A stretch of DNA of 64,000 bases from Pristiophorus japonicus (GCF_044704955.1 NW_027251843.1:124001-188000); one strand, 5' to 3'. Counted from the stretch's first letter, positions 48,211 through 62,500 are shown. Notes: generated by a model not told the origin, from the sequence alone. Program-made: numbers and translations.

Positions 48211-48649
48211 CGCTGTTGCTGCCATTGCCCATGGCAGCTTTACCAGGTGCCACCCAATCTTCGCTCTGGGGTGTGGCGTGTCTGCGCACGTGATGAGATG
48301 TGCATGGGACAGAACCAGTCGGAGTGTGGCGTGATCAGTTTGCACCGCCACGAAACTCCGGGGAATCTCCTGGGAGTGGGAAGCGGCGCCGTGCCTGGGA
48401 CAAAAGCTGTTTACGTCCCGTTGCGCTCACGGGAAGCATAAATGTCCCGAATCTGTCTCCCTGAGGGGTCCACTCACTTTCACACCTCCAACGGCAGGCT
48501 AATTGGTCTAGAGTCCCTTGCACTTGTTCTATCTTCTGTTTTCAATACGGGAATAACTTTAGCAGTCCACAAGTCCTCTGGCACTTTCCAATGTTTGTCT
48601 ATGAATTTATAATAGTAACTCTGCTAACTTTTCTCTATAATTGTGAGAG

Positions 48650-50270
48650 TCATCATAGGCAGTCCCTCAGAATTGAGGAAGACTTGCTTCGACTCTTAAA
48701 ATGAGTCCTTAGGTGGCTGAACAGTGCAATACGAGAACCACAAACTCTGTCACAGGTGGGGCAGACAGTCGATGAGGGAAAGGGGTGGGTGGAACAGGTT
48801 CGCCGCACGCTCTTTCCGCTGCCTGCGCTTGGTTTCTGCATGCTCTCGGCGATGAGTCTCGAGATGCTCAGCGTCCTCCCAGATGCACTTCCTCCACTTC
48901 GGGCGGGCTTTGGCCAGGGACTCCCAGTTATCAGTGGTGATGTTGCACTTTTTCATGGAGGTTTTGAGGGTTTCCCTGTAACGTTTCCTCTGCCCACCTT
49001 TGGCTCATTTGCCGTGAAGGAGTTCCAAGTAGAGTCCTTGCTTTGGGATTCTCGTGTCTGGCATGCAAACGATGTGGCCTGCCCAGCAGAGCTGATCAAG
49101 TGTAGTCAGCGCTTCAATGCTGGGGATTTTGGCCTGGTCGAGGACACACATATTGGTGCGTCTGTCCTCCCAGGGGATTTGTAGGATCTTGCGGAGGCAA
49201 AGTTGGTGGTATTTCTCCAGCGACTTGAGGTGTCTACTGTACATGGTCCATGTCTCTGAGCCATACAGGAGGGCGGGTATTACTACAGCCCTGTGGATTT
49301 TGAGCTTGGTGGCAGTTTTGAGGGCCTAGTCTTCAAACACTCTTTTCCACAGGTGGCCGAAGGCTGCACTGGCGCACTGGAGGCAGTGTTGAATCTCGTC
49401 GTCAATGTCTGCTCTTGTTGATAAGAGGCTCCCGAGGTATGGGAAATGGTCCACATTGTTCAGTACCGCGCCGTGGATCTTGATGATTGGGGGTCAGTGA
49501 TATGCGGCGAGGACAGGCTGGTGGAGGACCTTTGTCTTACGGATGTTTAGCGTAAGGCCCATGCTTTCGTATGCCTCAGTAAATACGTCGACTATGTCCT
49601 GGAGTTCAGCCTCTCTGTGTACACAGATGCAGGCATCGTCCACATACTGTAGCTCGACGACAGAAGGTGGGGTGGTCTTGGACCCAGCCTGGAGATGGCA
49701 AAGGTTGAACAGATTCCCACTGGTTCTGTAGTTTAGTTCCACTCCAGCAGGGAGCTTGTTGACTGTGAGGTGGAACATGGCAAGCGAGGAAGTTTGAGAA
49801 GAGGGTTGGGGCGATGATGCAGCCCTGTTTCATCCCGCTCCGGATGTGGATTGGGTCTGTGATGGATCCATTAGTAAGGATCACGACCTGCATGTCGTCA
49901 TGTAGCAGGCGGAGGATGGTGATGAACTTTTGGGGGCATCCGAAAAGGAGGAGAACGCTCCATAAACCCTCGAGGTCGACAGCGTCAAAGGCCTTTGTAA
50001 GGTCGAAGAAGGTCATGTGTAAGGGCTGGCGCTGTTCCTTGCATTTTTCCTGCAACTGTCGCGCTGCAAAAATCATATCCGTTGTGCCCCTTAGGGGAAG
50101 AAATCCCCCCTGCGACTCCGGGAGGAGCTCCTCAGCCACAGGGAGAAGATGGTTGAGGAGGACTCTCGCGACGACTTTCCCAGTTGCTGATAACGGAAAT
50201 TCCTCTCTAGTTGCCGCAGTCGGACTTGTTCCCTTTTTTAAAGATGGTCACGATCACTGCATCTCTGAGA
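48650..50270 (-). mobile_element. RTE-clade (BovB-like) LINE, 5'-truncated
   Basis: LPESQGGF...TTDMIFAARQLQEKC...FFDLTKAFD, YVDD, CLRKILQIPWED, C-terminal C2H2-like motif and a (TGA)n-type tail. Confidence 0.9.
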
Positions 50271-50829
50271 TAGTACGTGTGAATGTGATTCATCTGAACC
50301 AGGAGTTTTATCCTCTCCTTATTCCAGTATCAATTATCTCTCCCCCTTCTAACTTAAATATCTTGTATTTGTTTCATGAATGAATGCGATGATTATTTGA
50401 GAGTTTAGTTGGGACCCTTGCAGATCTCTCTCCTTTCTTCAGGCTCTGAATACTCATGCAGTGGTTCATTCTGCCCCTCCTGTCCACAACACGTGTGACT
50501 TCCTTCTACCTGAGGTCGGAGCTGTGCTCCACATGTCCATTTACACTTCTGCCCATGTCTGTCCGGGGGCCCCGCTGGTGTAAAGTCCAATAAACCCGAG
50601 CTCCCCTCAAACCCACAGCGGACACACAGTTTCCCTCCACCATCCCCCGCAGGTACATTCCCAGGCCCTGTTTGGAATTTCATTCACTGGCCATTCCCAC
50701 TGGGAATCCTCGGGCCCTCGTCGGCTCTGGGCTGGGAATGAAAAGCCTCAGGTTTCAGATCCTGAGCCCAGTGCAGTGCCCCTGCTGCAAAATACAGATG
50801 CTTGGACCTGGGGTCTGAACAGTGGTCTA

Positions 50830-51010
50830 TCCCCACACTCCAATGGTGCCGCTGTGGGAGCCCGGATGGGTCCTAACTATGCTGCCTTTTCCTGCGATAC
50901 GGGGAATATTCGATGTTCCAATGCTACTTGGGTCGCCTCCTTCACGTATTGTTCAGCAACATTGTGGACTGTAGTGGCACCACTTCCTTCTTTCACCATC
51001 AACTGCAAAA
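50830..51010 (+). mobile_element. Penelope-like element RT fragment
   Basis: GAAVGARMGPNYA resembles the Penelope RT motif G.AMG..MGPSYA. Confidence 0.6.
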
Positions 51011-51039
51011 TATAATCAAAATATAACTAACAATCTTGT

Positions 51040-53114
51040 TTTGCGAGGCCCCTTGGGGAAGAGTGATCATAATAAGGTAGAATTCTTTATTAAGATAGAG
51101 AGTGACACAGTTAATTCAGAGACTAAGGTCATGAACTTAAGGAAAGGTGACTTTGATGGTATGAGACGTAAATTGGCTAGAATAGACTGGCGAATGAAGG
51201 ATTGACGGTGGATAGGCAATGGCAAACATTTAAAGATCACATGGATGAACTTCAACAATTATACATTCTATAGATATGTGAAGAGAAAAAGATTAGTGAA
51301 GACAAACATAGGTCCCTTGCAGTCAGAATCAGGTGAATTTATAATGGGGAACAAAGAAATGGCAGACCAGTTGAACAAATACTTTGGTTCTGTCTTCACG
51401 AAGGAAGACACAAATAACCTTTCAGAAATACTAGGGGACAGAGGGTGTAGTGAGAAGGAGGAACTGAAGGAAATCCTTATTAGGCGGGAAATTGTGTTCG
51501 GGAAATTGATGGAATTGAAGGCCAATAAATTCCCAGGGCCTGATAGTCTGCATCCTAGAGCAGTTAAGGAAGTGGCCCTAGAAATGGTGGAAGCATTGGT
51601 GATCATTTTCCAACAGTCTATCGACTCTGGATCAGTTCCTATGGACTGGAGGATGGCTAATGTAAACCTACTTTTTAAAAAAGGAGGAAGAGAGAAAATG
51701 GCTAATTATAGACCGGTTAGCCTGACATCAGTAGTGGGGAAAATGTTGGAATCAATTTTTAAAGATGAAATAGCAGCGCATTTGGAAAGCAGTGACAGGA
51801 TCGGTCCAAGTCAGCATGGATTTATGAAAGGGAAATCATGCTTGACAAATCTTCGAGAATTTTTTGAGGATGTAAGTAGTAGGGTGGACGAGGGAGAACC
51901 AGTGGATGTGGTGTATTTGGACTTTCAAAAGGCCTTTGACAAAGTCCCACACAAGAGATTGGTGTGCAAAATTAAAGCACATGGTATTGGGGGTAATGTA
52001 CTGACGTGGATGGAGAACTGTTGGCAGACAGGAAGCAGAGAGTCGGGATAAACGGGTCCTTTTCAGAATGGCAGGCAGTGACTAGTGGGGTGCCGCAGGG
52101 CTCAGTGCTGGGACCCCAGCTATTTACAATATACATCAATGATTTAGATGAAGTAATTGAGTGTAATATCTCCAAGTTTGCAGATGACATTAAGCTGGCT
52201 GGTGGTGTGAGCAGTGAGGAGGATGCTAAGAGTCTGCAGGGTGACTTGGACAGGTTGGGTGAGTGGGCAAATGCATGGCAGATGAAGTATAATGTGAATA
52301 AATGTGAGGATATCCACTTTGGTGGCAAAAACATGAAGGCAGAATATTATCGGAATGGCGGCAGATTAGGAAAAGGGGAGGTACAACGAGACCTGGTTGT
52401 CATGGTACATCAACCATTGAAAGTTGGCATGCAGGTACAGCAGGCGGTGAAGAAGGCAAATGGTATGTTGGCCTTCATAGCTAGGGGATTTGAGTATAGG
52501 AGCAGGGAGGTCTTACTGCAGTTGTACAGGGCCTTGGTGAGGCCTCACCTGAAATATTGTGTTCCGTTTTGGTCTCCTAAGCTGAGGAAGGACGTTCTTG
52601 CTATTGAGGGAGTGCAGCGAAGGTTCATCAGACTGATTCCCGGGATGGCAGGACTGACATATGAGGAGAGACTGGATCGACTGGGCCTGTATTCACTGGA
52701 ATTTAGAAGGATGAGAGGGGATCTCATAGAAACATATAAAATTCTGACGGGACTGAACAGGTTAGATGCAGAAAGAATGTTCCCGATGTTGGGGAAGTCC
52801 AGAACTAGGGGACAGAGTCTAAGGATAAGGAGTAAGCCATTTAGGACTGAGATGAGGAGAAACTTATTCACTCAGAGAATTGTTAACCTGTGGAATTCAC
52901 TGCCACAGAGAGTTGTGGAAGCCAGTTTGTTGGATATATTCAAGAGGGAGTTAGATATGGCCCTTACGGCTAAAGGGATCAAAGGGTATGGAAAGAAAGC
53001 AGGAAAGGGGTACTGAGGTGAATGAGCAGCCATGATCTTATTGGATGTTGGTGCAGGCTCGAAGGGCCGAATGGCCTAATCCTGCACCTATTTTCTATGT
53101 TTCTATGTTTCTAT
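51040..53114 (+). mobile_element. CR1 LINE, 5'-truncated, with near-intact RT and 3' tail
   Basis: ORFs 51245-52051 and 52006-53016 (one frameshift) with YLDFQKAFDKV, VPQGSVLGP and FADD; (TTTCTATG)n tail. Confidence 0.93.
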
Positions 53115-53580
53115 CCCTGACTCTCTCGACCAGAACCAATAGGATCCAATTGCCCTCACCTTTGACTCAACCAGACTCCACATTCAACAGATCATCCTCC
53201 GCCATTTCCAGCGTGATCCAACCACCAAACACATCCCCTTTCAGGAGCAAAGTGACCTGTCCCTCCATGACAAGCTGGATCACTCATCTATCACCCCAGC
53301 AACCCCCTGCCCTTCCCCACCCCTTCCGATACATAACGCATGAGATGCAACACCTGCCCTTTCACCTCCTTCCTTCTCATCGTCCAAGGCCCCAAAAATT
53401 CCTTCCACGTGAAACAGTCATTTACTTTACCTGTTCCGATTCAGTATAATGTACTTGATGTTCAGGATGCAGTCTACAGTACATTGGAGTAAACAGATTG
53501 TGCGATTACTTTGCTGAACGTATCCATTTAATCTGCAAGCGTTTTCTCTGAGTTTCCGGTTGCTTGCCCCTTCAATTCTC
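53115..53580 (+). mobile_element. Penelope-like element, GIY-YIG-region fragment
   Basis: Decayed C..C (TGCAACACCTGC), YIG-like (TACATTGGA) and HFN-like segments. Likely the continuation of 50830-51010. Confidence 0.55.
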
Positions 53581-56500
53581 CAGGCTGTAATTTGACATTT
53601 TATTCAATGTGTTGTACCCCTCAGTGTGTATTGGTCTGTATGTGTTATTAAAGGTGTGCCTTTTACTTCTTTTTAAACACAATAAAGCCATACCTGCTTC
53701 CGACGTTGAAACCAATTGTCTGTCCAAGTCTGTCACAGTCCCTTCATAATTCCAGTGTCTAGAACCAAGGGTGTGGGAGCGATTCGGAACCGCTCATATA
53801 AGGTCAGAAGGGAAAGCTGACCCCCTGCAAACCACCCCTTACATAATGGCGACCCAGATAGGACACTGGTACAAGGGACGTGATAAGAGAGAGACTGGAT
53901 TCAGGAAAAGAAGCAAAATGGAAGAGGGGATTTCCTCGTATGTGTTTAAGAAGGTAAATGTGGCTAAGGAGTGGGTACTCGATCTATTGTATGCTGAGCG
54001 TCCAGAAGATGCTGCAGCTCAATGCACCAAGAGCAAGGACCATAAAAAGTCAATAGAGAAGGCCATTTGCCTAATTTGCCTTCAGCAACAGATCCGGCTT
54101 CTAGATGAGGAGAATGAGAATTAAAGGGAGTATTGAGACAGGCAGAAGAGAGGTCCAGCGCAAGGGCCACAGTCGGGGAAAGGCTGTGGACAGAGGTGGG
54201 AAAGTTAAAGGAAAGTAGAGAGCTCACTAAAGAAAGGCACAAAACCCAATTGGACCTTTTACAGTGTCAGATTATTGAAGCCAAGAATAGCGAACGGGCG
54301 TTGCGGGAAGAGAATTCCTGCCTCGCCAAGCAAGTTAAAGAGTACGGGCAGAGGGTGAGAGACATTCAGGTAGCCTATAAGGTAGCCAGTGCCAGGGAAT
54401 TTGAGGCAGGAGACCACGGCCTCTGCCAGCAGCAGATCCAAAGCTTGAACCTTGCTCTATCCCGGGCTAAAGGCATGGTGTGCATGATAAACCCAGGTTT
54501 GGCCCAGGAACACCTGGTTGGGCAAGGAGAAACCCCTCAGTCACCGCCTGTAGCTCCCAGGAATGGCCCGGGGCAGCAGGGGTGTCAGCCAGAGTGCGGG
54601 GCAGGCAAGGATTGCAAACGACCAACACCAGCAACCCCGAGTTTTAACTCGGCTTGGCAGCAGGGGGAAGAGGGCAAGCCAATAAAAGAAGGGCCAAAAC
54701 CAGGGCCAATGCATCCGGTCCGGCAGCAGAAGTTTGGCCCGCCTGATGCCAATGGGACAGCAGGACCCCTAGAAAGCAACTTCGTAGTCCCCCACGACAC
54801 CCAAAAACTGAGGGCTATGATAGACCACCTAAGTAAGCTCACCCAACAGGGGGATCCCTCGGTACACTTCCTGGAAGTGGAACACACAGGGGATATTAAC
54901 GGTGTGATGATTTAGAGCAGGCTAAGTTGTTGCTCTTCTCGCTAGACACCAAGCTGTGAAACACGTACGCTACGGTTAAGGAGGAGGTTCTAGAGGCCAT
55001 GGGTATGAACGACGGGAGTCCTTTCTCCCGAGTGGAGAAAACAGTGCAGCTCTGTGGGGAGACTCCACAGGCTTTCGCCGACAGGTTGTGGCCGTCTACG
55101 AAAGGGCCTGTAGTGGGGTTCTTGACCGGGCCCACCTGACCCCTAACGAGCTGGCTCACTGGCTCCGCAGCCTGGTGGCAAACAGCTTACCTGGAGTAAA
55201 GGCAAAAGCCCAGGTCTGGTTCGATCCAAGAGATCCCAGAACCACCGAGGAGACAGTGGTCAGACAGTTGACACTGGCTTACCGGAACGGTAGAGGAACA
55301 GAGGAGCCCTCCTCTAAAGGGAGGGTCCATGAGATTAAACCCAGCCAAGGCAAGAGAGAGTGGCATCAGGAAGGTGGGAACCCTCCCCACAAAGGGGGTG
55401 AGTGTTTTGGGTGTGGGAAAAGTGGGCACTGGAGGAAGGACTGTAGGAACCCATGGAAAGAGACTAAGGGAAAGGCCACTTCAGCCCCAGCCCGTAAGGC
55501 CGGGGCAGGAACACCCGATGCATATGAGACACTCGTAGCCACCCTACAAACACTCAAACAGACAGGGAGCAGTAGCTATCGCAACTGGTGCAGTAGCCGG
55601 TACGGTAAAACCCTCTGCTCCAACCCACCCAGATGCATGACTAGAGCCAGCGCAGCCTGTGTACCTTTGTTCCCGAGAGTACGATGCCTGGAAGAGACCG
55701 TGCGTTACGATGGAGGTGGAGAAAGTGAAAGGGACCTACCTGCTAGATACTGGTGCTTCCAGCACCCTTGTATATGCAGATAACCCAGCTACCTCACCTC
55801 TATTGAACGGGGTCCCGGACAGTCTAGTGAGGTTCACAGGCAATGAGCAAACTGGTTCGTTTCCCATCCCGCTCACCATTCAGTTAGGGACACTCAAAAC
55901 CAAATGGAAATGTGTCCTGATGGAATGGGAGCAGAAGGGAAAAGGGATCCTGGGGGCTGATTTTATCATTAGCCACCAGATCCTAGTGGATCTCAGGAAC
56001 CACTGTCTATGGGGAGCCATAGTGACTGACAGGGAAGGTGAGGTGGCGGTGATCCCAGAAAAAGGGGCCAAGGGAACGTTGAGTACTGAAGCCAAAGGAG
56101 GGTTATGACTTGGAATTACTGGTCAGTAACACCCCAGTGGAGTACCAGGCTTATGTACGGGCACACCTTGCAGCATTCGCCACCCACAAACATGACTGTG
56201 GTAGGGTAACGGGGCTGGAAGTTAGTATAGTAGGGGACCCCATGACCCGACCACAAAAGCAATATAACCTCCCCAGGGAGGCAGAGGCAGACCTGACAAC
56301 GGCGCTGGGATCACTGGTAGAGCAAGGGGTGTTAAGACCGATAGCAACCCATGTGAACTCTCCACTGTGGCTGGTTAAGAAACCGAACAACTCATGGAGG
56401 GCCACCGTGGACTATCGAGTACTAAATAAGAATATCCCTGCCTGTGCACCCACTGTAGCAGCCGTAGCGGATCTCATCGGGAGCATTCCAGCATCTGCGA

Positions 56501-59500
56501 CCACTTTCAAGGTGCTGGATATTTCAAATGGGTTCTGGTCCATTCCTTTAAAACGGGAGGACCAGTACAAGTTCGCCTTTACCTTTATGGGCCAACAATA
56601 CACGTGGAACTGTCTTCCCCAAGGCTTCCACAACAGTCCCAGCTTTTTTCACCAATGCATGGCGAACTGTTTAAAGGGCTTTAGCAGACCCCAGCAGTTG
56701 GTGCAGTATTGTAGAATTTACCAATATCTCGCAAAGATTCCAGGTACCTTTCCCCTACAGAGGAGAAGAATCCCTTTCTGGGCTTTTAAAATGAGTTTAA
56801 AGGGGCAGACGAAGCCTGCGGGGTTAAAAGGCGATGCATTCATGGAGACCCCACCCCCCCGCCCAGCAGTGTTTGGACTCATAAGAAAGGGAATTCAAAA
56901 TGGACCTAAATTACAGAAGCTTGAGATCCCCTAAACATCTATGGGAAGGAGCATATCAATTTTAAGATTCTACAACATTTTGGCTGCGAAAAAAGAGTTA
57001 CCAAATACAGGAGGTGGAGCCAACGTCTGAAGCAAATTCGTGTATTAAGGATCCCAGACTGTCTGGGGGAACTATTCACCCCCTAAGAAATAATCGAATT
57101 ACCCAATCAAGCACAATGGAAATCATGGTCAAGAAACTGGACAATCCTAAAACAATGCAAAACCAGTGATAGCACATTCTCACACCCTAATCGAGCTACT
57201 GCTGACAAAGGAGACATTTGAAAATCAATGGACAGACAGTTTAAACACAGCCCAAGAGATTTGATGGGAGATAACAGAGCCTTTTATTGGGATATATCTA
57301 TCTCCCAGTTTTACAAGGAAAAACTAGCAGAACTCAAAAACTAGCAGAACACAGAAACTAGCAGAACACAGAAACTAGCAGCACACAGGAGAGAAGCAGA
57401 AAAACTAGGAGAACACAGGAGAGAAGCAGAGCACAGGCTGGAACTCGCACAGACTGGAACACAGACACAGACAAGCAGCCTGCTTGCTCTACAGTGAAGA
57501 AATGGAATAGTGAAGGAAACTACCAGAACTGATCAGGAACTGACCGAGCACGAGGCCCACGAAACGGAAGGTTGTCAGCAACCAAATTGACAACCACTCT
57601 ACAATCTACTTCTGAACAAACCAACGGGGGAGAAATTACCAAAAGGGACTAACTAAAACTATTCCTAACCAAAGAAAGTGGGTATTTACCCCATACATCC
57701 AAAACGCAACTTACCGCATCAACGGACGCACCCCACTCGAAGACTACGCAGTCCGAAGTCCTCTCCTCCGTCCGGGGTACGGCTCGCCGAGAAGGCCAAG
57801 TGCAGTGAACCCCGAAACCGCGATTCACTGGCAACTGTCTAAAGGGATTGGTGAGCATAGCCCCTGAACCCTCAGAGCTATAACTTAGTTAGTTAGGGGA
57901 ATTGGGAGGGGGGAGGCTGGGATAACTTGTGTAAATGTATCTGCATTCTCCTCTTTACCCCATTTAGAGTTTAAGCTGTATTCTTTTCCCCACAGGCTGT
58001 AATTTGACATTTTATTCAATGTGTTGTACCCCTCAGTGTGTATTGGTCTGTGTGTGTTATTAAAGGTGTGCCTTTTACTTCTTTTTAAACACAATAAAGC
58101 CATACCTGCTTCCGACGTTGAAACCGATTGTCTGTCCAAGTCTGTCACAGTCCCTTCATAATTCCAGTGTCTAGAGCCAAGGGTGTGGGAGCGATTTGAA
58201 ACCGCTCATATAAGGTCAGAAGGGAAAGCTGACCCCCTGCAAACCACCCCTTACAATGTGTGGATGATCTGCTCCTGTTCACCGATCATGGGGAGGAGCA
58301 TGGCCCACTGCTGGCTGAGCTGCTGGAGCTGCTAAAAGAAGAAGGGTTTGAAGTAAACCCCAAGAAGGCACAGATCGGCCAGAAGGAAGTCAAATTCCTG
58401 GGGCTGACTGTGCGCACTGGGGAAAGGGCCATCGACAAGGCTAGAAGGGAGGCAGTACAGGAGTTACCAGCCCCCAACACAGTGACAGGGGTAAGATCCT
58501 TTCTTTAGCTTACCAGGTACTGCAGAGACTTCATTGAGGATTATGCAGCCACCGCAGCCCCTCTGCTCAGGCTCCTACACAAGGGTGTAGAGTGGGACTG
58601 GGATGAGGGTTGCGAGGCAGCATTTAATCAGCTCAAGAAGGACTTGCAGACCGCGCCAGCCTTAGGAGCGATAGATGTAGGAAAGGAGTTTTTCCTGGAG
58701 GTGGCAGCCAGCGGGGACAGTTTGAGCTCAGTGCTGCTTCAAGAGCGGCACGGCCAGCTGAGACCGGTGGTTTACTCCTCCAGGATCCTCACAGATGTGG
58801 AGAAGGGGTACTCCAACTATGCAAGACATCTCCTAGCCACACATTGGGCAGTTAAAAGATTCTTGATCTTCACGGGAGGGTCTCCTCTAACACTCCTAAC
58901 CCACCACACACCTACTCAGATGCTCCTAGATGGGAGGATTAAGGACGGGACGGTGAGCAGTGCCCGCATTGCTCACTGGACGCTGCTCCTCTCCCAGATG
59001 GAAAACAGAGTAGAAGGCCCCCGCGAGCCAAGGCTCGCAGCCAACCTAATCTACCCAGGGAAAGCCCACAGATGCTCCATAGAAGGGGTATGGGAGGTGA
59101 GCATTGGCTTTCGGGCTGGGTTACACCCTGCAGGCCGCGACATCTATGTGGAAGGGTCCAGAACGGTATCTGCTGACGAGCGACTCACTGGGTGCGGAGT
59201 CTACGACCCAAGGGCAGATATTGCCCTGGCAATCAAGCTCCCCAGCACCATGAGTGCCCAGCATGCTGAACTGTCCGCCATAATGTACGTGGTAACCCAC
59301 CCCGAGGAATTCCCCACCCGTACACGATTTGCTCGGACAGTATGTTCACCCGCAATTCATGTACGGAGTACTTGGCTCTCTGGTCCCGTCGCGGATACAC
59401 GTCCGCTGACGGGAGATCCCTGGCAATCAAGCCCCTGCTGGAGAAAATCATGACAGTGGTGGGGGAAGAAGGAAAGATCTACATACATAAGGTGAAGGCC

Positions 59501-62500
59501 CATTCAAAAACCGAACCCCGTGCAGAGGGAAACCAACAGGCTGACAAACTGGCCAAATAAGGTGCCCGCACGGGAAAGTTCTGGGACCCCTATGACACCG
59601 GCCGCATAGCAGCGGTCAAGAATAAGAACAGGGCAGCAGAGAGTACAGGGATAGCTTTGGCCCCGGACTTAAAAACAGTTCAGGCACAGGACGCGGTCTG
59701 AAAGCTGTCCTGAATGCGCTAGCTAGAGGAGAGAGAGTAGAAGGTCCGTACGGCACAGCAGCCATTACCGTTAAGGAAGGCATGCTGTTTAAAGAGGGAC
59801 AATGGGTCGTGCCACAGCAGCACCAGAGGGAATTCCTAAAACTGGCCCATGAGGGTCCAGGAGCGGGACACCCCGGGCCTGAGACCACCTGGCAACGGGT
59901 GGAACAGGCAGGATGGTGGCCGGGACTCAGGGAGGACGTCCACGAGTTCTGTGCGAACTGCCTGGTGTGTGCTGCGAACAACCCTGACCCCCAGAAAAAG
60001 AAGGTGTCCCTAGGACACGTCAGGAGGGTAGAGGGACCATGGCAGTCAATCCAAATTGACTACATCTGCCCCTACCCAGTGCCCAGGGAGGCTACAAATA
60101 CTGCCTAGTCCTGGTGGACGTGTTCTCAAAATGGGTTGTAGCCTTCCCCTGCCGAACAGCCACCGAACTCGGGACAGTTAAGATTCTAGTGAGGGAAGTG
60201 TTCTCCCGGTGGGGACTCCCACAGTATGTGGAGTCGGATCAGGGGAGCCATTTCTCCGGGCAGGTAATGCAGGCAACCCTTAAGGTGCTCGGCATTGAGG
60301 GGAAATGGCACGTTGCCCACAATCCACAGTCATCGGGTATTGTGGAGCTTTTAAACCGCACCATTAAAGAAAGACTGCGGAAGGAAACGGGAGACTCACA
60401 CCAAAAGTGGGTGGAGGTCTTACCGTTGGTCCTAATGGGGATCCGAGCCCAGCCAGTCAAAGAGCACCGGATATTCCCCATACGAGCTCATGACTGGCCG
60501 GATCATGCAGACCCCCACCCATGTCCTAGCCCCGGTGCTCACAGAAGGTCAGCTCAGAGAGGTGGACCAGGACCAGTTTGTCAGGAACCTGTTTGAACAC
60601 ATCAAATAGATTCACTGGCAGGCTGCTAGTAACATGGGCAGACAGCATCAGGGGAACCGATTGTTGCGAGAACCCAGCAAACACCACGAATGGGAGATAG
60701 GGGATCAGCTCATGGTGAGGAACTATGCTCGGGTCGGGGTTTTTAAAGCATTATATATGGGGCCATACAGCATTGTGGACAAGGCAAGCCCGATCGTCTA
60801 TGCCATAAAGCTGCCCCGCCGTACTAAGTGGTTCCACATCAACCAGTGCAAGCTGTACAACCCAGGGTCAGCCAACCACAGAGGACAGCCGGGAGGGGTG
60901 AACCGTCCTCAGGACAGGGACCCTCCGTTGGCCGCCCCCGACGGTGGAGGGCCCACAGGGAATGTGGCAGGCTCAGAAACCATGCCTATAGGGGCGGTGA
61001 ATTGAAGTACTGGAGGGGCTATCCCACCCATCGTTTGGGATTCGGACGCACCCCCAGTAACCCAAGACCTGAGAAGGACCCTCCGTACACCACGGCCAAA
61101 GATACCGTGGTCACCGGCATCTGAGCCTCAGCGATTCTACCCTCGAAGTAGGGCAGCCCGACAGGAAAGGCCGAAGGTCAGAAGTACAGAGGCCGCTCAG
61201 AGTAGGGACCACCAGCCAGCCGCCTCCAGCGGTGAGGGTCTCACAGGAGCAGTAGCAATGAGCTGTCCCAGAGACAAGGGTCTCCAGCTCACCGGCTGCG
61301 GGGAAACCCTAGCACCCAGGCGGCTATCAGGCCGCACAAGGCATGGGCCTGACAGGGACTAACCAGGCCACCTGGAGACGGGTGGTGGTTGTACATAGCT
61401 CTAATTTTAGTTTAAGGCAGCTGACTGCGCCATTTTACATTTTAAGGTTTAGTTTAGAATTGAGGGTAATGTTGCAGTAATGTTTAGGTGATTATTTTGA
61501 GTTTATCTTGTGTGTCAGCCAGCCTGAGAGCAGTTCTCAAGGGCAGGATCCAGACATTACCGGGTAATGGACAAACCTCAGGAGACCAATTGATGTTATT
61601 TAATTTTAATCTAGGTTTTTTTCCCTTCTGTAATGTGGTTGTACGTTGCCTATATGCTGGTGAATATAATGTAACTGAAATGAAATGTAACTGTGCTGAA
61701 ATACAATTGTAGTCATTGAACCCCTCCAAGCTGGGAGGGTATAAATGTAAAAAGTTTGTACCTGTAAAGGGAAAAGTGTTCATCTATGGTGATGTTGCAT
61801 AAATGTAATGCATTTTGGATATTAGTTTAGCTAATTTACGGGGAAGGTTATCTCTTAGGAGTCAGGAAATTTGCTCACCTCGAAGAATGATACCATAAGT
61901 GATATGGTATCACAGGGGGGAATGTAGAATTTACCAATATCTCGCAAAGATTCCAGGTACCTTTCCCCTACAGAGGAGAAGAATCCCTTTCTGGGCTTTT
62001 ATAATGAGTTTAAAGGGGCAGACGAAGCCTGCGGGGGATAAAAGGGGATTCATTCATGGAGACCCCCCCCCCTCCAGTGTTTGGACTCATAGGAAAGGGA
62101 ATTCAAAATGGACCTAAATTACAGAAGCTTGAGATCCCCTAAACATCTATGGGAAGGAGCATATCAATTTTAAGATTCTACAACATTTTGGCTGCGAAAA
62201 AGAGTTACCAAATACAGGAGGTGGGGCCAACGTCTGAAACAAATTCGTGTATTAAGGATCCCAGGCAATTCACCCCCTAAAAGATAATCGAATTACCCAA
62301 TCAAGCACAATGGAAATCATGGTCAGAAAAACTGGACAATCCTAAAACAATGCAAAACCAGTGATAGCACATTCTCACACCCTAATCGAGTTACTGCTGA
62401 CAAAGGAGACATTTGAAAATCAATGGACAGAACAGTTTAAACAGAGCCCAAGAGATTTGATGGGAGATAACGGAGCTTTTTTTTGGGATATATCTATCCC

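Noticed and set aside
46688-48441. Cys/Pro-rich ORFs resembling keratin-associated proteins
   Set aside because: The unit is 35 bp, not a multiple of 3, so frames rotate; minisatellite artefact.
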